The notes under the pieces are model-generated. The model did no database searches. It was given only the letters and a program-made list of their open reading frames with translations, and was not told the DNA's origin. The position numbers were made by a program, and so were the translations under genes. Below, one piece after another: positions 57,701 to 64,000 of a stretch of 64,000 nucleotides of DNA. Source of the DNA: Paraspadella gotoi (Eukaryota > Animalia > Chaetognatha); the NCBI GenBank assembly GCA_051294375.1, contig CM119263.1, positions 26,883,525 to 26,947,524 on the forward strand. The letters are read 5' to 3'. Numbering within the stretch: position 1 is the stretch's first letter; the number at the start of each line of letters is the position of its first letter.

Positions 57701-60700
57701 TAACAGAGATGTTATTGCAACAGCCGAGATGGGGCATCTCACTGTTGGCTTTGGGGGATTCCGACCCTCAGTGACGCCTCCAGTCACTGGTGCGGTTACC
57801 CTAGGACGGACTCGCTTTGCCAACGCAGAGGAAAGTCATTAGGAATGTGGATGGAACACAACGTGTGTTCCCCCTCTGAGCCGATGGATTTGGCTGTAGG
57901 ATGGTGGACGTGAGGCGGTGTGAATATACCGCCACAACGTATCGTTTAAAAATCAGAGTTTACCACAGTTGGCTTTTCACAGATTATACGATCCCGACGA
58001 TGGACAAGTGACCTTGGATAACGTCAACCTAAAAAATTTAAACGTCGATTGGTTACGAAATCAGATTGGTAACCGATGATGATTTTTTTTCGGTCGGGAG
58101 GGGAGAATATTTCTCCTCGTTGGTAATTCGTTCAGGAGTCGTCTCGCAAATGCCGACAATGTTCTCCGGCACCATTAAAGACAACATCGCTGGTAACATT
58201 GTAAATCCCAGCATGGATAAAATCAAAGAGGCCGCAAGCATGGCCAATATTCATGAGTTCATAATGGCTCTGCCGCAAAATTACGACACAATGGTAAGTG
58301 CTATGGTAAGATCGAGTTACAAAACAGACAGAGATTAATGACAGTAATGACTATGGTGCCCGTCGAGATGGGTGAAGGTGGCGGCGGATTCTCCGGCGGC
58401 CAGAAACAAAGAATTGCTATCGCCAGAGCCTTTTTGATGCGTAATCCCAAGATTTTGTATTCTCGACGAAGCGACCAGCGCGTTGGACAACGAGAGCGAG
58501 AGGGTCGGTGCAAAAGGCACTGGAAAAAGCGAGAAAAGGTTTGCGCAATAATACTTTGCCAAATTGTTTCTTTCGTTTTCCTTCAACGAGCATTTAGCCA
58601 CTATAGTTTACAAAATTGGTCTCCTGTCCCAAATGCGCTTAATATTTTTCGGTGGTGTAGCTGTTTATCTCTTCCAAAATTTCAACTAAATTAATTGCGC
58701 TTGAGGCAATCTCACTTAAAAAAAACTAAAACAGAATTATAATGCGGTTTTTTTTTGTGACTAAATAACGTATGTTATAATAGTTACAGGGAAATCAATT
58801 TTTTATAACAGGTTCTCATCTCGAGAGTCTTGATGCAAAAAAATATACTTAATTTTTTTGATGCCTTACTTTATTACTTTTTTCCCAATGAATTTTTAAA
58901 GATTAATTGTTTAATTTTTTTTTAAATTTTTTCCAAAAAATTGAAACAAAACTATATCTATACCAGTTTTTAATTTTAAAAGGGCTTTATTTAAATTTAA
59001 TAATTTTTAAATATTTTAAAATTGTAATACTTAGCTTAATGCTTCAAATTTTAATTATTTTTTGGACCTAAATGAGGCCCTTTTTTAATTTTATTGGTAT
59101 TTGTTTGTTTTAAATTTGAAAAAAAGAAAAAAAAAGTAATTTAGGGCCTTAAATGATAAATTTCGAAGCAAAAATTTAATAAAAGTTATAACATTCAAAG
59201 AGCGAAAAAGTTATTAATAAACGACACAATTATATAAGAAAGGTTTTAAAAGTCTATAATTGAATTTTGCAATGTTGTTAGGATACGGCGGAACCGCATC
59301 TAATTTAGAGTTTTTTGGGAACCCAATTCACTCAATGTTATTTTTTTTTTTCGACAGGGCGCGTACGCACACCCTTCTATTGTATCGCTCATCGTCTCAG
59401 GCAACCATCACGAGACGCAGATGATTATTATCGTCCGACCTTAACAACTGGGAACACATTGCGAAATGTGGAGAATCTATGACCCAACTCAATGACAAAT
59501 CGAGGAATTGCTATTAACGTCCGCTGAATCTGGTGTTAGGATGTAGATACAAAAAACAATGGCCGAGGGACATACGAAAAACAAAAAATGAGAAAAATTT
59601 TTTCAACGACTCCCAGGTCAACGTACGTGTCTCAACGAAGGCCGGACGACCCGAACGCTAGAGCAGACATCAGAAACAATATCTCCCAGACTCTGAACTT
59701 TTGCCTCAGGTACCAGCAATTGCTGAGTCCTTCGACCGTCGTATATTGGGTGATAACAGTGGGCCAAAGTCGTTTGACCACCATCGCCGAAGGATCAATA
59801 AATGATCTCCGAGAACCGGGCGGAGATATCGACGAGGAAGTCGACGAAGGTTCGACAGCCCAATCGAGGCGCGGGAAAATAAGAAAACGAAAAAAAAAAC
59901 AAATGATATAATTTTCAGTTTTGCCCCGCGTGCGGAGGCCTTTGCGTAGAAAGGAAGAAACGATTCAATTAAAACAAACGATCTGATGTGTAGGATGTTG
60001 AGAATGTGCCGAGAGACGGATGCCCTTTTGACTCTCGCTCCATCTTGTTTTGTGATAATGACCTGTCGACTGCACGAACACGCCTCGTTAAACGCTCTCT
60101 TCATTTTATCCTAAATATAGGTTTGAGTGAGATGAAATTCATTTTTTTTTCCCCCTTTCTTGCTCGCATTCATCCTTGTTCAGGCCCTCTGTCCGATCCC
60201 AAAAAAAACAAGCGATTTCCCAAAGCCTCTCCTTGGATCTGGTGTCAAGGAGGATTGGCCATTGGTAGTTGCATCAGGTTTCTGGATAGCATTAATTGAT
60301 AAAAGCATTTCCAGCAAGAGCCTCCTCCCACCCTACGTTTTCTACACAGCATAACCCTCTCTATCTATCTCCTGACAAAATGCTCCCAAAATCTGACGCA
60401 ACGCCTCCGAAAGCTGGCCTTTCGCGCGATCATCCACCAGACACAAGAGTGGCACGACGACCCGGACCACTCCACGGCCCACGTGACTGCTGCTCTTCAG
60501 AAAGCGGGCGAGTTGGCGCCCGCCCTCGTTTTCGAATTCTTCGTTTTTATCATCGAGTCGACGAGCGTTTGTCTCTGCGCCTTCATCCTCGCCCTTGCCA
60601 TCGCCTGGATGATCGGCCTTCCTTTTCTCAGTGAGTCTCTCCCTCGAAATCAAATAATGGACGAGCATGTGAATTTACCGAATGATTTTGACGAATTCCT

Positions 60701-61907
60701 ATTTAATTAACAGTTCTCATACCTTTGATTCTCGATACCGTACTTCAATAAGTCAGCACTGCGAACTGAAGTAAGACCAGCAGACCGAAACCCGCGGGTG
60801 AGGAAGTAACATCCACTTGCGGGATGCGTGATCCGAGGTTAGGTAGGAACTTAATGCTAGAAGCTTATGACAGGATGATAGAGGACTGTCATATATAGAT
60901 GAGTGATGAGTGTTCTGATGAATTCGAGTTTTAACAAACGTGTTAATATTAGGTCGCCTTAACTCAATTTTTTATATACCATGAACTACCTCGATCTTTC
61001 CCCTAATAAAACCAGAAGGCAGGAAAGTCTACGCGATCGAAACCACTTCAAAAACATAGCGAATGAGTAAGCAGTTTTGGGCTGGAGCGAATCCGTTCGC
61101 TGTCTTCGCGACATATGCAGTAAAGTCACGCCAGGAAGACAGCGAAACGATCTTTATGCAACAGCTTTGGCCTTTGCCCTGGACTACGGATTCATCGGGA
61201 AGGGTAGCGTCCGTNNNNNNNNNNNNNNNNNNNNNNNNNNNNNNNNNNNNNNNNNNNNNNNNNNNNNNNNNNNNNNNNNNNNNNNNNNNNNNNNNNNNNN
61301 NNNNNNNNNNNNNNNNNNNNNNNNNNNNNNNNNNNNNNNNNNNNNNNNNNNNNNNNNNNNNNNNNNNNNNNNNNNNNNNNNNNNNNNNNNNNNNNNNNNN
61401 NNNNNNNNNNNNNNNNNNNNNNNNNNNNNNNNNNTGTTGTAACAGTGATGTCCATAACCTGTCCAAGGTCAGGGACAAGATAGCTCGTTTTAAAACGAAT
61501 GGATAATTTTTATATTGGTTGTATCAATTTCATAAAGCCAATTAGTCCCTGTACATATATATTATGGTATCAGCTATGGTCGGCGCCGGATACTACATGA
61601 CCGACATGAGCTACAAGCTTCCGCCATACTCTGAGGTCAAANNNNNNNNNNNNNNNNNNNNNNNNNNNNNNNNNNNNNNNNNNNNNNNNNNNNNNNNNNN
61701 NNNNNNNNNNNNNNNNNNNNNNNNNNNNNNNNNNNNNNNNNNNNNNNNNNNNNNNNNNNNNNNNNNNNNNNNNNNNNNNNNNNNNNNNNNNNNNNNNNNN
61801 NNNNNNNNNNNNNNNNNNNNNNNNNNNNNNNNNNNNNNNNNNGGATTCATTGACAGCGACCCGACGCCTGACCTTGCGAGTGAAAACTTCCTGCCAGGTA
61901 TTATGAA

Positions 61908-61951
<44 letters not shown>

Positions 61952-63360
61952 AATTAGTGAGAAACAAACACAAAAGAAAAAAAAGAGACGATACCAAACA
62001 ACGCCACGCAGATTCGGTGGATGGCGCCGTCAAATTCGAGCACGTGGCCTTTCGCTACCCGTGTCGTCGTTTGGCGCGGGTCATTGATGACTTCCACGTC
62101 GANNNNNNNNNNNNNNNNNNNNNNNNNNNNNNNNNNNNNNNNNNNNNNNNNNNNNNNNNNNNNNNNNNNNNNNNNNGCTCCACCCCTCTTCATCATGCTT
62201 GATTATGGTGCTCTTCCCGCCTCCGCTGGCGCCGGCACCAACGCCAGCGTCTGGCGCCGGCGTCCTTCGCACGTGGAAGTCATCAATGAACCGCGGCAGG
62301 GGAGCTTTACAAAATGAACCTCATCATTATCAATCAATAAATATATACATTTTATAGATTTATATAATAAAATCTAACTTTAGATTCTACGAACCTATCA
62401 AGGGAAGGATTCTTCTTGATGGAACGGACGTGAAAAAGTTGGACGTGAAGTGGCTTCGATCTAACATCGGCCTCGTATCACAGGTGAAAAACAATATTTA
62501 TTTGCAAATGCAGTTCCTTATATTAATAAAGCCAGAAAAGTCCCATAAGGCATAACCTTACTACAACACTTTTTTTAATTAGGACCCGATTCTGTTCACT
62601 GGTTCTATTTTAGAAAATATTACATTCGGCGAAGGTGGAGAGAAATATTCAATGGACCAAATCGTAGAGTCAGGTGCGTGTCTCTCTCATTCTCTCCCTA
62701 TCCACCCCCATAATACTAAATCGGAATCTATGAAGAAATCAATTCCGATAATCAGCTTCGGAGGCAAACTGTCACAACTTCATAAAACGGACTCTCCCGC
62801 TTGTCATACGAGCAAAATGTCGGCTTATAAGCGGAGGATCCCTTTTCGGGCTGTAAAATTACGCATTTTTCGCTGTCAATCGCTCAGTAAGCAGGTTAGC
62901 AGCTGCCGCTGTAGGTCCACGCTTTATTCGACCCAAACAGCAGAGAGAAGATATAAGAACTCGCGAACGTTTTTTCATAACTTCCTCCTAAAGGAGAAGA
63001 CCAATGCCATCTTCCGTCACATGCGTCCCTCTTTTGCAGAGGTTCCAAAAGCAGCGCCTCTGCATCGCCAGCAGCCCTCCTTTCGCACACCGATCATTCT
63101 TCTCCTTGACGAGGCCACGAGTTGCCCTCGCGTGAATTGACTGGCGCTCCGTTGGGGTCCAATGGAATAAATTTGGTATACAATGCTAATGTCTTCTCTC
63201 CGCCCTCAAAGATTCTCAGAGCGAGCAAGGTCGTGCTTCAAGCCGGCTTTCCTAGGACCAAAGTGATAGAAGGCCAGCAACCGTACATCACCATCGCAGC
63301 TAGGGCTTTCGACGACTCGTCCGGCGCAAAACAAAATAGCAGTCGGTGGGTCACGGGTAA
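54766..63360 (+). CDS. ABCB1: ABCB/P-glycoprotein full transporter (poorly assembled)
   Basis: [43 protein letters not shown]; second [33 protein letters not shown]. Many indels and N gaps; orthology to ABCB1 itself is not established. Confidence 0.82.
57713..57936 (-). mobile_element. Solo LTR, family B (in ABCB intron)
   Basis: Homolog of 32741-32994; TSD ATGT/ACGT. Confidence 0.78.
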
Positions 63361-64000
63361 AGCCTGACGGTATTTGTTGCCATTGTTCTGTTTACCTTTG
63401 AAAACCTAGTACTTTGTCAGTATAAGTCACTTTCTCTTTTAGTCGGCTCGGCTCGTCTGTGCCCACATTACCGTTAAAAAATCCGCCATATAATGATAAT
63501 TTCCGCTATAATGGTCATTGTAAGAGAGGAAAGACTACCTCAAAATCTAAGTGACTGCTAGGCGCCGCCTTCACCGACATCCTAAATCTATAACACTCAT
63601 AGCGATAAGCGCAGATAAAGCTTAATTTTGTTATGCAGTGCTTTATCATTACATAAAGTTTTTTAGTCATGGTCACGTTCATTATGCCCTTGATAAAAAG
63701 GAAATACACGTGCAAAATGAAGTCACTGCGGCGGCAACACATTGGAATGAACCGATCTGTTTGACAAAAAATCCTCTTTTCTGTATTTTTTCAGGTCGAA
63801 TTCCTTTTGAAATCCGGCGTAACCATAAGCTAGCTTAATCGCCAATGAAGGGAGTTTTTATTACGGACTTCACCGCGCATTCTCAGTCTGCAGCCCGGAG
63901 GCGGCAGGGGCCGGATTAACTTAACAGCGGCGAATTAGTCGCAAGTCTAGATTAAAATGATTATCCCACTGTGTGATGAATATCTTTAAATTAAACGAGA

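Noticed and set aside
56230-63360. ABCB pseudogene
   Set aside because: Frameshifts cluster in noisy patches while the clean exons are intact, so sequencing error is the simpler explanation.
63120-63370. GC-balanced stretch with end complementarity suggesting a structured RNA
   Set aside because: It decodes as an error-ridden ABC exon (DSQSE.VVQA.LDKVIEG..ITIA.RLST).

Overview
Intron-rich, AT-rich invertebrate metazoan genomic DNA with many (AG)n microsatellites; assembly quality falls after about 52.9 kb (N gaps, noisy read fill). Genes: 3' end of a LAR-family receptor PTP (+), an orphan PAM2-motif ORF, a DUF229 gene, two tandem divergent LRRC8/VRAC-like genes with short LRR tails, a biliverdin reductase A-like gene, a 64-aa membrane micropeptide, two tandem BPI/LBP genes, a spectrin-like fragment and an ABCB transporter. 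The standout is a receptor at 37214-41918 (-): a Toll-type multi-cysteine-cluster LRR ectodomain and TM helix fused, instead of to TIR, to an RNase L/IRE1-type pseudokinase-KEN ribonuclease and two putative ubiquitin-like domains. The gene is bracketed by a 94-bp direct repeat. Non-coding highlights: an intronic U6 gene; a ~460-nt 7SL-derived RNA with an intact, covarying Alu domain but a remodelled S domain; a 440-nt highly base-paired intron; and a complete miniature LTR element (TRIM) with PBS, PPT and TSD, plus solo LTRs. All calls are by eye; no database searches were run.
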